DNA of 64,000 bases, from NCBI GenBank assembly GCA_001189075.1, contig LFCN01000006.1, forward strand, positions 169,384 to 233,383, read 5' to 3'. A program made the position numbers and the translations under genes. Shown one piece after another: positions 1 to 10,261 of the stretch. This stretch comes from Parcubacteria bacterium C7867-004. Its GTDB lineage: Bacteria > Patescibacteriota > Minisyncoccia > Phycocordibacterales > Phycocordibacteraceae. The notes under the pieces were generated by a model, which saw only the letters and a program-made list of their open reading frames with translations, made no database searches and was not told the origin of the DNA. The first letter of the stretch is position 1. Each line of letters opens with the position of its first letter.

Positions 1-111
1 TACCGCAATCTCGCGAACTGGCTCAATGGCCTCTACCCAAACAACTGGATCTTCCAGCCAGCCGGCTATAGCGCTTCGAGTGTGAACGTGAACGTCGGGT
101 ACAAGGGCTAA
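1..111 (+). CDS. 3' end (36 codons) of an upstream gene truncated by the window edge; product unknown
   Basis: Open frame 1..108 ends at TAA 109-111 (…NVGYKG*). A hairpin terminator follows. Confidence 0.3.
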   Translation, partial: YRNLANWLNGLYPNNWIFQPAGYSASSVNVNVGYKG

Positions 112-128
112 TCAGCCGTACGATCGCG

Positions 129-161
129 AAACCCCGTCCCCACTAGCGGACGGGGTTTCGC
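129..161 (+). terminator. Rho-independent terminator hairpin
   Basis: aaccccgtcc-ccactagc-ggacggggtt stem-loop followed by tcgctt. Confidence 0.5.
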
Positions 162-177
162 TTGGTACCATGGAGGC

Positions 178-1311
178 ATGGATACGAACTCAAAGAAGAT
201 ACTGGCGGCATTCAAGAAGACCGGTGCGCGCATAGAGACCAAGGGACGGGTGAAGCTGCGGACGAAAGCCGATATGGCGCTCTACTACACGCCGGGCGTC
301 GGTGTTGCATCGATGCACCTAGCCGGCAATCCTGAGGATACCCGCAATCTTTCCGTAAAGAAGAACAGCGTCGCCGTTATCTCTGACGGGTCGGCCGTAC
401 TCGGTCTCGGGAACATCGGCCCCTATGGCGCGCTCCCAGTGATGGAAGGGAAGGCGCTTATCTTCAAGGAGCTGGCTGGCATCGACGCCTGGCCCATCGT
501 GCTCTCGACGCAGGATCCGGACGAGATCGTGCGTACAGTTATCGCTATCGCGCCTGGCTGGGGAGGGATTAACCTCGAAGACATCGCGGCTCCTCAGTGC
601 TTCGAGATAGAACGAAGGATAAACGAAGCGCTCGCCATACCGGTTATGCATGATGACCAGCATGGTACCGCTATCGTGGTGCTTGCTGGACTCATCAATG
701 CGGCGAAGGTCGCTGGCAAACAACTGAAGAAGCTTTCCGTTGTTATCTCCGGTGCGGGTGCTGCAGGGCACGCGGTGGCAATGCTCCTTAGTGCCGCGGG
801 CGTGGTTGATATCGTCGTGCTCGATCGCGCAGGCGCGATACATGCGCGGCGCGGAGATCTCCCGGCTCACAAGAAGGAGCTCTCGAAACTGAATACGAAA
901 AATAAGAAAGGCGAGCTTGCCGACGTTATCGCCGGCAGCGATGTATTCATAGGCCTCTCAGGCAAAGGCTTGCTGCACGAGGATCACGTGGGCAGCATGG
1001 CGCCTAAGAGCATCGTGTTCGCGCTCGCGAACCCGACACCGGAGATCATGCCTGCGGAAGCCAAGAAAGCCGGCGCGCTCGTGATCGCTACCGGTCGCTC
1101 GGACTTCCCGAATCAGATAAACAATGCGCTCGTGTTCCCGGGCGTGTTCCGCGGAGCGCTCGATCGCGGGGTGAAGACCATAACGCAGCCGATGCAGCTC
1201 AAAGCCGCTAAGGCGCTAGCGGCACTTGTCGGAAAACCTACAGCACTGAAGATTATTCCCGACGTACTCGACAAGCGCGTTGTCGGGACAGTTGCGAACG
1301 CTATCCGCTAG
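178..1311 (+). CDS. NAD(P)-dependent malic enzyme (short form)
   Basis: [21 protein letters not shown] and [10 protein letters not shown] motifs with a Rossmann GAGAAG block, typical of bacterial malic enzymes. A GGAGG ribosome-binding site lies 5 nt upstream. Confidence 0.85.
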   Translation: MDTNSKKILAAFKKTGARIETKGRVKLRTKADMALYYTPGVGVASMHLAGNPEDTRNLSVKKNSVAVISDGSAVLGLGNIGPYGALPVMEGKALIFKELAGIDAWPIVLSTQDPDEIVRTVIAIAPGWGGINLEDIAAPQCFEIERRINEALAIPVMHDDQHGTAIVVLAGLINAAKVAGKQLKKLSVVISGAGAAGHAVAMLLSAAGVVDIVVLDRAGAIHARRGDLPAHKKELSKLNTKNKKGELADVIAGSDVFIGLSGKGLLHEDHVGSMAPKSIVFALANPTPEIMPAEAKKAGALVIATGRSDFPNQINNALVFPGVFRGALDRGVKTITQPMQLKAAKALAALVGKPTALKIIPDVLDKRVVGTVANAIR

Positions 1312-1748
1312 TCGCGCTGCACTGCTTGACGTACCCGCTCGAAGACCGTGACGAACCAGGCACGGTCTTTCGCGTTCTCAAGGCTCTCTGCGATGAGCTT
1401 CAACGCGAGCCACTGAGCTTCCGCTTCATCATGCTCGCCTCGAACAGGGGCGTGCATGGGGGCGGCAAACAGGTACATATGTATCGATTTGAACGTCTGC
1501 AGGTTTTCCTCGCCTCCGGGCTTCATACCGTAGCGCTCATAGGTACCGAGATCGTCGATGAGCTCAAGATCGGTGAGTCCCGTCTCTTCCTCGATTTCCC
1601 GACGAGCCGCTTCCTCATCAGTCTCGCCGTCTTCGATCCCACCTTTTGGAAAGAACCACCCCATGCCCGCCCGTTTGCGTACGACGGCGATGGTTCCCGA
1701 GTCGCCGAGCACGATGCCGCCCGCGCAGTGTCTCCTAACGGGTTCCAT
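1308..1748 (-). CDS. NUDIX hydrolase
   Basis: Nudix box GGIEDGETDEEAARREIEEETGL (Gx5Ex7REUxEExGU). Confidence 0.75.
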   Translation of the reverse strand: MEPVRRHCAGGIVLGDSGTIAVVRKRAGMGWFFPKGGIEDGETDEEAARREIEEETGLTDLELIDDLGTYERYGMKPGGEENLQTFKSIHMYLFAAPMHAPVRGEHDEAEAQWLALKLIAESLENAKDRAWFVTVFERVRQAVQRD

Positions 1749-2112
1749 GCGGGAGAGGACGATGCATCCAGGCGAGCACGAATGCGGCGAGGGCTATCGA
1801 GATATCCCGGAAGAGTACCGGGAACTGCGGGATATTAAACGCGACAATCGCGAGCAGCATCACTCCGGCGATGGTCGCCGGTACGAGTACTCGTTTGCCA
1901 AGGAGTATCCAGAGGGCGATAGCGACCTCGATTGCGCCGAATACATGCAAGAGCGTAAGCCAATGCGTACCCACGAGACCCGTTATGAAGGCGGGGAAGT
2001 AGCCGATCCATGAATACGGATCCGTGAGCGCCGAGATGGGCGGATACAGGAAGCTGATAACAACCGCAAGACGCAGGAGCAGTTCCGCAAGGGGAAGCCT
2101 GAACGGATTCAT
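1735..2112 (-). CDS. DoxX-family small membrane protein
   Basis: 125 aa with four hydrophobic helices, resembling DoxX proteins. Confidence 0.55.
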   Translation of the reverse strand: MNPFRLPLAELLLRLAVVISFLYPPISALTDPYSWIGYFPAFITGLVGTHWLTLLHVFGAIEVAIALWILLGKRVLVPATIAGVMLLAIVAFNIPQFPVLFRDISIALAAFVLAWMHRPLPHGTR

Positions 2113-2115
2113 GAA

Positions 2116-2634
2116 CTACGACTGGACAATGACGTCTCCCTTGTCGGCTGACTGCACATGATTGTGATAGCCGTGAGTGCCGGCCTTAGTGAAGGTGTAC
2201 TCGAACGTGCCGCCGTTCGCTGCTGCTGAACACTGGTCAAACGTGCCGTTCGTCGCTGCGCCGTTCGCGCAATGATCTTTGGTGCTCGTTCCATCGTATT
2301 CGGTATGCGTCGGGTGCTCATCTCCGCCCACCCACATGCCGTGCGTCGACTGGTTAACAAATCGAACGGTATCGCCGGCACGGATCGTTACGCTCTTAGG
2401 ATAGAAACCGGAATCGGAATAACTTACGATAACCGTCGCTTTCTCGCCCGCAGGCGCAGCGGGTGTAGCGCCGGCTGGCATATTCGTACCGGTCCCCGTC
2501 GTTCCGTCTGGGTTAGTCATCATGGTATCGGAAACAGTAGGCGCAGCTGCCGGCATTGCCGCTAGCGCGAACCAACCGCCTATCGCTATAACGGCAACAA
2601 CGGCAAGTGCTATCAAAGCGGTCTTCGTATTCAT
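2116..2634 (-). CDS. Secreted or membrane-anchored cupredoxin-like domain protein
   Basis: N-terminal hydrophobic anchor, a Thr/Gly/Ala-rich linker, then FYPKSVTIRAGDTVRFVNQSTHGMWVGGDEHP…HGYHNH, a cupredoxin-like pattern. No canonical type-1 Cu Cys-His-Met ligand set is evident. Confidence 0.45.
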   Translation of the reverse strand: MNTKTALIALAVVAVIAIGGWFALAAMPAAAPTVSDTMMTNPDGTTGTGTNMPAGATPAAPAGEKATVIVSYSDSGFYPKSVTIRAGDTVRFVNQSTHGMWVGGDEHPTHTEYDGTSTKDHCANGAATNGTFDQCSAAANGGTFEYTFTKAGTHGYHNHVQSADKGDVIVQS

Positions 2635-2923
2635 ACGAGTGAAGGGATTAGTGCCGATGCGGCATGACTATAGTGTACCGCGCCTTCGTCAGCTGTTATG
2701 CGACGACGGGCGGGAGCGATGCCCACTGCGCACGAGAATTCCCGGTCTCCTTAATCCACGCGCGGACGATAGGGCGCGTCGCGCTTATCGCATAGAGTCG
2801 CTTCACAAGCGGATGTGCATCATCGATGAGATTTCTGCGTGAGAGGGATGCTTCGATGCTTATGTCCATACCCGCGTAGAGTAGCGGAGAAGGCATGATA
2901 AGAGCATGAAGCTGCTCTCGCAC

Positions 2924-3784
2924 TTATCGCGGAAAGATATCGAGGAGTTCGCCCGAGCGATAAAAGTTCGCACCGAGCTCGCCGAATGCATAGGTCATTC
3001 CTCCTGCGGTTATCGGCGCGCCACCGACCTGGGGATTCGCGTTAGGAATTGATTTTGCGAATCCGATGTTGAAGAGCGTGACGATCGCTTCGGGATTCTC
3101 ATCGATATCGAATCCGGCGTTCGCCCACTGAGCAGCGACCTCTTTCATGAAAAGCGCGGTATAGAGATAGGAATAGTAGTGATCCTTCTCATCGGTGAGC
3201 CGGCGGAAGAGCTCGGCATCGCGATCAATCCCTTCGGGGTAGGCGATGAGTGCGCTAGCCTCCGCTCCCGGATAGAACGGGGACGCGGGGTCGTTCGCAT
3301 AGATCTCGACCTGGCGCGCAGTCTCCTGCTTTATCCCTGACACGCCCAGTGAGAACTGAGAGAGGGAACCGAGAATCTTGAGAGGCTCGAAATATCGCTT
3401 GAATACCTCACGGTTCGAGGTGAAGAAGCGGATCTGTTCCGGCATCACTGCGGCGGCCATCATGCGGCCCTTGATGCCGGTCTCCCGCTCGACACGGATG
3501 ATGACGTCCCGGTCCTTCTCGAGTCCGCCCTTAACGACGTTCCATTCCGGCGTCTGGTCCCACTGGCACCGCACCATGCCTTCTTGGAGGCAGGGTTGTG
3601 CGGGTATGCCGGAGGTAGCGCTTGTCGTCGTTGCGCCGCTGAAGAACGAGTTTCGAGCCTCGATCGAGCCGCGAACATTCAGAAGCCCGAATTGCATAGC
3701 GAAGAATACGGCCGTGAACACGAGACCGATAATCGCAAAGAGCACGCCGATCGCGATGCAGATATTTCGGAACAACGGATGCAT
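2924..3784 (-). CDS. Hypothetical membrane-anchored protein
   Basis: N-terminal TM helix (IAIGVLFAIIGLVFTAVFFAM) followed by a roughly 250-aa soluble domain. No motif recognised. Confidence 0.45.
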   Translation of the reverse strand: MHPLFRNICIAIGVLFAIIGLVFTAVFFAMQFGLLNVRGSIEARNSFFSGATTTSATSGIPAQPCLQEGMVRCQWDQTPEWNVVKGGLEKDRDVIIRVERETGIKGRMMAAAVMPEQIRFFTSNREVFKRYFEPLKILGSLSQFSLGVSGIKQETARQVEIYANDPASPFYPGAEASALIAYPEGIDRDAELFRRLTDEKDHYYSYLYTALFMKEVAAQWANAGFDIDENPEAIVTLFNIGFAKSIPNANPQVGGAPITAGGMTYAFGELGANFYRSGELLDIFPR

Positions 3785-3830
3785 ACCTATCTATATAGCA
3801 GTAAGCGTGGGAGTCGACAATGAAGGGAGG

Positions 3831-4550
3831 CTAATCTGATTGATCCTTAACACGGTACTCGTTAACCGTGTTGTGGGCGAAGCGGGTCGGTTCGGGGAGA
3901 CGGTGCTTCCGGACGCAGCTCCACAAGAGCCCTACGGACTCATCGAGCGTTATCAAGTGTCCTGGAGAGACGAAGACCGGCGCGACGTTGTCTTTCGTCC
4001 GAAGCGCCCGCCCGATCACCTCACCGGTTTTGGGGTCGATCAAGTCGGATGTCGAGCCGGCGCTCGTTCCGGGTTCGTCGTACGTCCCGATAAGTACGCT
4101 CTTGGCGCAGCCGATAGTGGGAATGCCGAGTACGAGCCCTAGATGCGACGCGATGCCAAGCCGGCGCGGGTGCGCGATGCCGATACCATCGACGACGAGC
4201 ACGTCGGGTTTCGTCGCGAGCTTCTCCCAGGCTTTAACGAGCATCGGGATCTCACGGAAGGAAAGCAGACCCGGCACGTAGGGGAAGGGGATCGTATCTT
4301 TGATTACCGTTCGGTCGACGACTACGAGTTCGGAATATGTCATCGTAACAAATCCAGCGAACCCTTCTTTCGCGAACCGGTTCATCGATACGTCGCAACC
4401 GCCCAGATGTTGTGGTGGCTGTTTAAGCGGTGTGAGCAGTACCTCATGCCGAAGACGCTTCTGAAGCTCCACTGCTTCCTTCGGGGAGACATCCCAAACA
4501 TTCATAGTCGACAGTATGACGGTCGGCTCGTGAAATATTGAGGAAAACAT
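3831..4550 (-). CDS. nfi: Endonuclease V (deoxyinosine 3' endonuclease)
   Basis: DVS…GLLSFRE…VDGIGIAHPRRLGIASHLGLVLGIPTIGCAKS, the conserved Nfi core. Confidence 0.85.
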   Translation of the reverse strand: MFSSIFHEPTVILSTMNVWDVSPKEAVELQKRLRHEVLLTPLKQPPQHLGGCDVSMNRFAKEGFAGFVTMTYSELVVVDRTVIKDTIPFPYVPGLLSFREIPMLVKAWEKLATKPDVLVVDGIGIAHPRRLGIASHLGLVLGIPTIGCAKSVLIGTYDEPGTSAGSTSDLIDPKTGEVIGRALRTKDNVAPVFVSPGHLITLDESVGLLWSCVRKHRLPEPTRFAHNTVNEYRVKDQSD

Positions 4551-4576
4551 TACGTGATATACTCACGAATAGCTTT

Positions 4577-7009
4577 ATGTGGATGCATCCAGGAATCATC
4601 GCCGCTGCTGAAACCCTGACCGCTACCACCGGTGATCCGATTGCGTTCACGGTTCGAAGCAACGCGCTCATAGACACGACGATCAACGGAGAAGGCTTCA
4701 TGGTCGATGTGACGTTCAAAGGTCTTTCGACCGGACAGACAGCTGACGCAACTAAGATAAGCGGCACCATAACTCGTGCGGGATATACGAATACCGGCGC
4801 AGCCACCACCTACACACTCCCGTTTGTTGGAACACTCGCCGCACGACGCGCGGGTCCGAGCTACGCGTCATTCATCCAGACCACCTCGGGCTCCGATGTA
4901 GTAATCTCGTACATACTCGACCGCTCGATCTTCAGCACGGACACCGTCACGAGTGTCACGATTGCATCGGGAGCCTACACCGGCTCGCGTGCGAGTAATA
5001 GCGCGCTTCTGGTCATCACGAACAGCTCGACCTACGCTCCGCTACGTCCGCACTGCCAGTTCATTACGCCGCCGCATCTGCTTGTTACCGGCGGAACGAC
5101 CGCTCCCATAGAGATAGCCGCGTTCCACGCCTTCGCGCAGGGAGGAAGCGAGGTAGCGTGCGTGAAGGTTCGTGCTCGCGATGCGGTCTCCGGAGGGAAC
5201 GTGGGTGCGTGGACGACCGTGAACACCATGAGTGCGTCAACGATACTGACGTACAGCGGCCTCACTTCCTGTATCTACCGGGCTGATGTCGATGTCTCCG
5301 CGATCAACGCGGGAGACTGTTATATCGAATACGTCGCATATCCCTGGGAGAGTTCACGCGTCTTCGATTCCAACAACGCGCTCGGTGGGGGAGCGGACGG
5401 CACTGCGCTTGATTCCGCTACGACCGGTCTCAGTTCCACCGCAGCCTTGCGTCCGCTCGATCACAACCCTGCGGCCGTACTCCATTTCTATAACGACAAA
5501 ACAACCGCATATGCGGGTGCGTACGCGAACGTTGACCCTTCAGCTGGAAACGATACAACCGGAACGGTCTACGCAACCCAGGATGCAGCCGATTCGGGCA
5601 ATCTTCCGTTCCTAACCATCAATGCCGCGTATGGCGCCGTGAAGACCTATAACAATGCGACGAAGGCCGGTACACGCCATAACGATGCAGGAGGCGCGGT
5701 TATATCGCTTAAGAACGGGACCTACTATATGTTCGGGGGAACGACGAACGCTACGCAGAACGTCGGTTCGGTGTGGACGTACATCCGGAAGCATCCATCC
5801 GCTACCGCTTCGAGCGTGATTCTCAATTCCGTGCAAACGGGCGTACTGGTGCCGAATGCGCAGCGCGTGATCGGTCGACGGACCTGGCTCGAGGATGTGA
5901 GCATGACCGGTGCTACCGTAGGAATCAGCAACTCAAATACATATCTGTACGGCAACGACTTCGGACGGCTCACCGAAGGGGTATTCAATCGCGTTGGCAT
6001 CACGAGTGTATCGGGCGTGGCTGCGACGAGCCCGTCTTGGCACTACGCCTTCCATCTGCTTTGGCTGTATAACTGCGACCTTGGACAGAGCGTAACAACA
6101 TCGGGCGGCGGGGTTGCCAGTGGTGCGCAAGGAGTGGTGCTCGGCGGATCGAGGCTCAGTTTGAACTTTGCCTCAGGACTCCATTGGGCAATGGGTAACC
6201 TGGGGGCCGATGCGGGCATAGGGGACGCTCCGCGACTCGGCAACGCGAACTTCGTTACGCGATATGCAGCTGACATCGATGCTTGGATCGGCGCCTTCAA
6301 TTACATTAAGGTCACCAATGCGAGCGGGAGTGGCGCCGTATATGCCGCGAATCTGCTCTCGCCTGCAGCATCGAACGGTACGAGCGCGCCGACCAACGGC
6401 TATGTGTGGGTGGGGAACCAGCTTGAGATGTCCGACAATCTCTCTGCAACCGCTAAGTGCATGCAGCTTGCGGCGGACGGGTCTGCGGTCTCGTGTCCGA
6501 ACATGGTCATGCATGCGAATTCGCATGTAGGGGAGCGCACAAACGTTCTCTATAACGAGATCACTGGCGCTCCAGCGTACCCTAAGCGCATCGTGATGCG
6601 ATACAACCTGTACACGAACTTTAACTGTAAGCGCGATACTAATAACGCTGGCGGGTCGACCCATGAAGCGGCGCGCACGGGTGTCTATGCACACGGGTAT
6701 CATGTCGATGGCGCAGGGAACTTTGCGCAATCGACCGCCAATACCTTGGTGCCTGGTCCGCTGTCTTGGTACGGCGAGCGATGGGCCGGTGTGAATGGCG
6801 GCGTTAGCAGCTCGCTGACCTACGGCTTCGTGGACGATCGATCTCTTACCGGAACGAGTGGTAGCGGCGGCGGCGACTATCGCGTACAGAGCGGATCCTC
6901 CGCGCTCGGCCTCGTTCCGGCGGGACAGCAGCCGCTTTCGCACTATCTCTACGGCGCGGTACGGGACAATAGCGTTGCGGGTCCTGCGGGGTGTAGGGAA
7001 CCGGCGTAG
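4577..7009 (+). CDS. Large Thr/Ser/Gly/Ala-rich hypothetical protein, possibly with a beta-helix fold
   Basis: 811-823 aa ORF. The track start at 4538 is TTG; the first ATG is at 4577. Low-complexity T/S/G/A-rich composition with Asn/Gly-rich stretches. No signal peptide seen. Confidence 0.5.
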   Translation: MWMHPGIIAAAETLTATTGDPIAFTVRSNALIDTTINGEGFMVDVTFKGLSTGQTADATKISGTITRAGYTNTGAATTYTLPFVGTLAARRAGPSYASFIQTTSGSDVVISYILDRSIFSTDTVTSVTIASGAYTGSRASNSALLVITNSSTYAPLRPHCQFITPPHLLVTGGTTAPIEIAAFHAFAQGGSEVACVKVRARDAVSGGNVGAWTTVNTMSASTILTYSGLTSCIYRADVDVSAINAGDCYIEYVAYPWESSRVFDSNNALGGGADGTALDSATTGLSSTAALRPLDHNPAAVLHFYNDKTTAYAGAYANVDPSAGNDTTGTVYATQDAADSGNLPFLTINAAYGAVKTYNNATKAGTRHNDAGGAVISLKNGTYYMFGGTTNATQNVGSVWTYIRKHPSATASSVILNSVQTGVLVPNAQRVIGRRTWLEDVSMTGATVGISNSNTYLYGNDFGRLTEGVFNRVGITSVSGVAATSPSWHYAFHLLWLYNCDLGQSVTTSGGGVASGAQGVVLGGSRLSLNFASGLHWAMGNLGADAGIGDAPRLGNANFVTRYAADIDAWIGAFNYIKVTNASGSGAVYAANLLSPAASNGTSAPTNGYVWVGNQLEMSDNLSATAKCMQLAADGSAVSCPNMVMHANSHVGERTNVLYNEITGAPAYPKRIVMRYNLYTNFNCKRDTNNAGGSTHEAARTGVYAHGYHVDGAGNFAQSTANTLVPGPLSWYGERWAGVNGGVSSSLTYGFVDDRSLTGTSGSGGGDYRVQSGSSALGLVPAGQQPLSHYLYGAVRDNSVAGPAGCREPA

Positions 7010-7022
7010 CAATCTATATACG

Positions 7023-7067
7023 AGTATACGAGAAACGGGAGGCAGTGCCTCCCGTTTCTCGTATACT
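7023..7067. terminator. Perfect 21-bp-stem hairpin, bidirectional terminator
   Basis: gagtatacgagaaacgggaggc-agt-gcctcccgtttctcgtatact lies between the plus-strand gene end (7009) and the minus-strand tRNA-Ser. Confidence 0.6.
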
Positions 7068-7157
7068 TGGCGGAGACGGAGGGATTCGAACCCTCGAGGG
7101 ACGTTAATCCCTGCCTCGTTAGCAGTGAGGTACTTTCGACCACTCAGCCACGTCTCC
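7068..7157 (-). tRNA. tRNA-Ser (GCT), encoded CCA
   Basis: Minus-strand sequence GGAGACGTGGCTGAGTGGTCGAAAG…CTGCTAA…GGGTTCGAATCCCTCCGTCTCCGCCA. The long variable arm is typical of Ser, the anticodon loop is CTGCTAA, and the 3' CCA is encoded. Confidence 0.85.
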
Positions 7158-7184
7158 TTCGTTACATAACCTATCACTTTGCGC

Positions 7185-7877
7185 TCAATGCGCCAACGCG
7201 AGTCCCCGAACGTCGGTGGCGCCTGCGTTCCGTAGGGCGCTGATCGCTTCATTCATGGTCGATCCTGTCGTAATCACATCATCAAGCACTAGGTACGTAC
7301 GAGCCGGATCCACCTCCGCTTTTGCCGTAAACGCGTCGGTTACATTCCGAGACCGTTCGCTTCCGCTACGTGATGTCTGGGGTGCAGTGTCCCTGCTCCG
7401 TACTAATAAACCGGTCTCATAAGCCGCAAACGATTCCAATCCGCGCAGCGCTTCCTCGATTATCCGTTCCACCTGGTTATATCCGCGTTCAGATACTCGT
7501 TTCCGGGAGAGTGGAATGGGTACGATCGATAGAGAGGACTGATCGGCAGGCCACTCTTTCAGATACTCAGCCAGCACAGTACCGAGAAGCTCCTGTGCCG
7601 TGCGATTATCCTTGAATTTAGCTTCGACGATCAATGCCCGTATTAGAGGATTCGAATAGGGAAGCAGGGCGGTACTGTCCGGAGATATGACCGCTTTTGA
7701 CATCAGCGCCCTGACGTCCTCGATGGTTGCTTCTGCAACAAGCGTTCCGTTTGGGGTCGGCGGGAACAGGAAGTCGAGTATCCACGAGAAGCTGAACATG
7801 AGGGGATGATACAATGCGCGTATGAGCTTCCTCACACGGATCTTCGGAAAAACGAAGAAGGGGGGCGCCAGCGTCAT
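7185..7877 (-). CDS. comFC: ComF-family competence protein (phosphoribosyltransferase-like)
   Basis: C-terminal PRTase motif YLVLDDVITTGSTMNEAISALRNAGA. Adjacent to the pilus locus. The start is uncertain because the ORF overlaps the pilM start. Confidence 0.65.
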   Translation of the reverse strand: MTLAPPFFVFPKIRVRKLIRALYHPLMFSFSWILDFLFPPTPNGTLVAEATIEDVRALMSKAVISPDSTALLPYSNPLIRALIVEAKFKDNRTAQELLGTVLAEYLKEWPADQSSLSIVPIPLSRKRVSERGYNQVERIIEEALRGLESFAAYETGLLVRSRDTAPQTSRSGSERSRNVTDAFTAKAEVDPARTYLVLDDVITTGSTMNEAISALRNAGATDVRGLALAH

Positions 7878-8934
7878 CGGAATCGATATCGGATCCTCCT
7901 CCCTGAAGGTCGTGCAGTTGCGGCGTGAGGGAGGAACGGCCGTGCTTGAGACCTATGGGGAGCTCGCGCTCGGGCCCTATGCAGGAGCTGAGGCCGGCCA
8001 AGCAACTAACCTTTCAGCCGCCGTTATAACCGAGACCCTGAACGATCTCCTCCGAGAGGCGAATGTAACGACGAAGGATGCAGGTATCTCCATACCGTTT
8101 TCGCGCTCGCTCCTGACGCTCATCGAGCTTCCGAAGCGAGAGAATCCGGAAGAGCAGAAGACCGTGATCGAGCTTGAAGCGAGGAAGTACATCCCGGTTC
8201 CGGTGTCGGAAGTGCAGCTCGACTGGTTCATTATCCCGGAATTCCCGGCAGAGGGCGCCGAGCCGAGCGGAGAGGCCGAGCTCGCGAGCGTGAAAGTGCA
8301 GGTACTGCTCGTAGCAGTGCATAACGATGAGCTCGCATTGCTCGAGAGCGTAGTGCAGGGGGCGCAGCTCGCCGCCTCGTTCTATGAGATCGAGATTTTC
8401 AGTACGATACGTGCGGTTGTGGACGAGCCGGTGAAGCCGGTTATGGTGCTCGATATCGGGGCATCGGCCACCAAAGTGTATGTAGTTGAGCACGGCGTGG
8501 TCGCGTTCTCGCACAACATCCCGCAGGGAGGACAGGATGTAACCCGCACTATAGCGACCGCTAACAGCCTTACGGTGAAGAAAGCGGAAGAGCTTAAGAA
8601 GGAGCACGGATTCGCCGACGGCAAGGAAGCGTACGATCGAAGCACCATCGAGCTCGTGTTCTCGCACATCTTCGAAGAGGCGCGTCGTGTCTCGACGCAG
8701 TACCAGATGCTCCACGGCAAGACCGTGTCGGCACTCGTGCTTACGGGTGGCGGCGGCGTGACCAAGGAGCTCGAGCAGTATGCAAAGACCTTCTTCTCGG
8801 TGAACGTAGAGATCGCCAATCCGTTCAGCAAGGTTCAGGCTCCCGCATTCATGCGACCGGTGCTCGAGGCGATCGGTCCTGAATTCGCGGTTGCGGTAGG
8901 GCTTGCGCTCAGGAAGCTCGAAGAAATAGCGTAA
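7822..8934 (+). CDS. pilM: Type IV pilus assembly ATPase-like protein PilM
   Basis: Actin-like fold motifs GIDIGSSSLKVV and VLDIGASATKVY. First gene of a pilM-pilN-pilO run. Confidence 0.8.
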   Translation: MSFLTRIFGKTKKGGASVIGIDIGSSSLKVVQLRREGGTAVLETYGELALGPYAGAEAGQATNLSAAVITETLNDLLREANVTTKDAGISIPFSRSLLTLIELPKRENPEEQKTVIELEARKYIPVPVSEVQLDWFIIPEFPAEGAEPSGEAELASVKVQVLLVAVHNDELALLESVVQGAQLAASFYEIEIFSTIRAVVDEPVKPVMVLDIGASATKVYVVEHGVVAFSHNIPQGGQDVTRTIATANSLTVKKAEELKKEHGFADGKEAYDRSTIELVFSHIFEEARRVSTQYQMLHGKTVSALVLTGGGGVTKELEQYAKTFFSVNVEIANPFSKVQAPAFMRPVLEAIGPEFAVAVGLALRKLEEIA

Positions 8935-8988
8935 TCGTGTGTACAGTCCGCGCTTCATGTTCGCGGATACCGTATACTTAAGCGTACT

Positions 8989-9681
8989 GTGGCCATACCT
9001 CCGACCATACCGACATCATTCGTGCCAAAACAGGCGGCTTCCCCAAGCCGCAGGGTAAAGACGGGTACGGATATTCTGCTCATTATTGCGAGCGTAATAA
9101 CTGCGATCGTGGCGATCTCCGCGCTCGCGGCATTCGGGTACGAGACCTATCTCAAGAGTGAACGCGATAAGAAGGCCGATCTCGTGATCGCCGCGCAGCG
9201 CGAGATCAATATGGATACCATCGAGAGCTTCGTCAGGCTCCGAAATCGGCTTAAGTCGACGTCCATCATCCTTGATCAGCATGTCATCCTCTCTCAGTTC
9301 TTCACCGTCCTTGAGATGCGCTCCCTGCAGTCCGTCCATTTCAAGAAACTCAGCCTGAAAGTAAACGACGATCGGACTGCAGAGCTCGATGCGAGCGGCG
9401 TTGCACGCAGTTTCAACGCGCTTGCCGCCCAGAGCGCCTCGTTCGCGGATGAGAAGCGTATCAAGAGCGCGATATTCTCCGACATCGCTCCGAGCAAGGA
9501 CGGGGTAATCGGATTCAAGCTCTCCGCTGATCTCGATTCGGGCCTTATCGTCGCCAACTCCTCGTCCGTGTTCGGATCACCTGTGACTCCGGCTCCGGCT
9601 CCGGTGCCGGTAGTGCCCATTCCTGAACCGTCACCAGCAGCCCCCGCTGCTGCAGCCCCGGCAACGACTACAACGCCATGA
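8989..9681 (+). CDS. pilN: PilN-like bitopic membrane protein with a Pro/Ala-rich tail
   Basis: Short cytoplasmic N-terminus, a single TM (ILLIIASVITAIVAISALAAF), then a coiled region. Called mainly from position after pilM. Confidence 0.55.
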   Translation: MAIPPTIPTSFVPKQAASPSRRVKTGTDILLIIASVITAIVAISALAAFGYETYLKSERDKKADLVIAAQREINMDTIESFVRLRNRLKSTSIILDQHVILSQFFTVLEMRSLQSVHFKKLSLKVNDDRTAELDASGVARSFNALAAQSASFADEKRIKSAIFSDIAPSKDGVIGFKLSADLDSGLIVANSSSVFGSPVTPAPAPVPVVPIPEPSPAAPAAAAPATTTTP

Positions 9682-10250
9682 ACTCGCGCATAATTCCCAT
9701 CATTCTTGTAATCGGCTCTATTGCGCTCTTTGCGTTGTATGTCCATCCGACCTATACGCAGTCCATCGCAACATTGTCTGGAGAGATAAAGGGATATGAT
9801 GCGGTCCTCGCGAGCGCGAAGCGCTTCAAAGAGAAGCAGTCGGATCTCTCCGCGCAGAAGAGCGCGATACCGCTCGACCAGCTGGCGCGCCTCGAGGCAT
9901 TCCTCCCGGATACGGTTGATAACGTGCAGCTCATCCTTGACCTTAATGCGCTTGCCGCGCGCTCGGGCGTAAGTCTTTCGGATCTCGACGTAGCGCTCCC
10001 TGAAAAGAAAGACGAGCAAATCGACGGTTCAGGCCGCATCTCGCTTACCGGACAGAATCCGATCGAGACACTCGAGGTATCGCTTAGTATCACCGGAAGC
10101 TACGGCGCGTTCCGCACGTTCCTTGCCGCTGCTGAGAACAGTCTCCGTCCGCTCGATATCGTCGAGATCGTTGTAACGGACGAAGGAGCCGAGGCAGCAG
10201 CGGGCACGCACAACTATGACGTCACGTTCCGCATCTACTGGCTTCGGTAA
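9678..10250 (+). CDS. pilO: PilO-like bitopic membrane protein
   Basis: N-terminal TM (IIPIILVIGSIALFALYV) with coiled-coil and soluble domain. Overlaps pilN by 4 nt, suggesting translational coupling. Confidence 0.5.
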   Translation: MNSRIIPIILVIGSIALFALYVHPTYTQSIATLSGEIKGYDAVLASAKRFKEKQSDLSAQKSAIPLDQLARLEAFLPDTVDNVQLILDLNALAARSGVSLSDLDVALPEKKDEQIDGSGRISLTGQNPIETLEVSLSITGSYGAFRTFLAAAENSLRPLDIVEIVVTDEGAEAAAGTHNYDVTFRIYWLR

Positions 10251-10261
10251 CCGCTTTCACC

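Noticed and set aside
319-870. 183-aa minus-strand ORF inside the malic enzyme gene
   Set aside because: It lies fully antisense to a well-supported CDS in high-GC DNA, where long spurious ORFs are expected. No motifs.
2696-2923. 75-aa minus-strand ORF in the 290-nt gap between the cupredoxin-like gene and the upstream membrane-protein gene
   Set aside because: No ribosome-binding site or motif support. It starts exactly at the upstream gene's stop. It could be real, or a leader peptide, or part of the promoter region.
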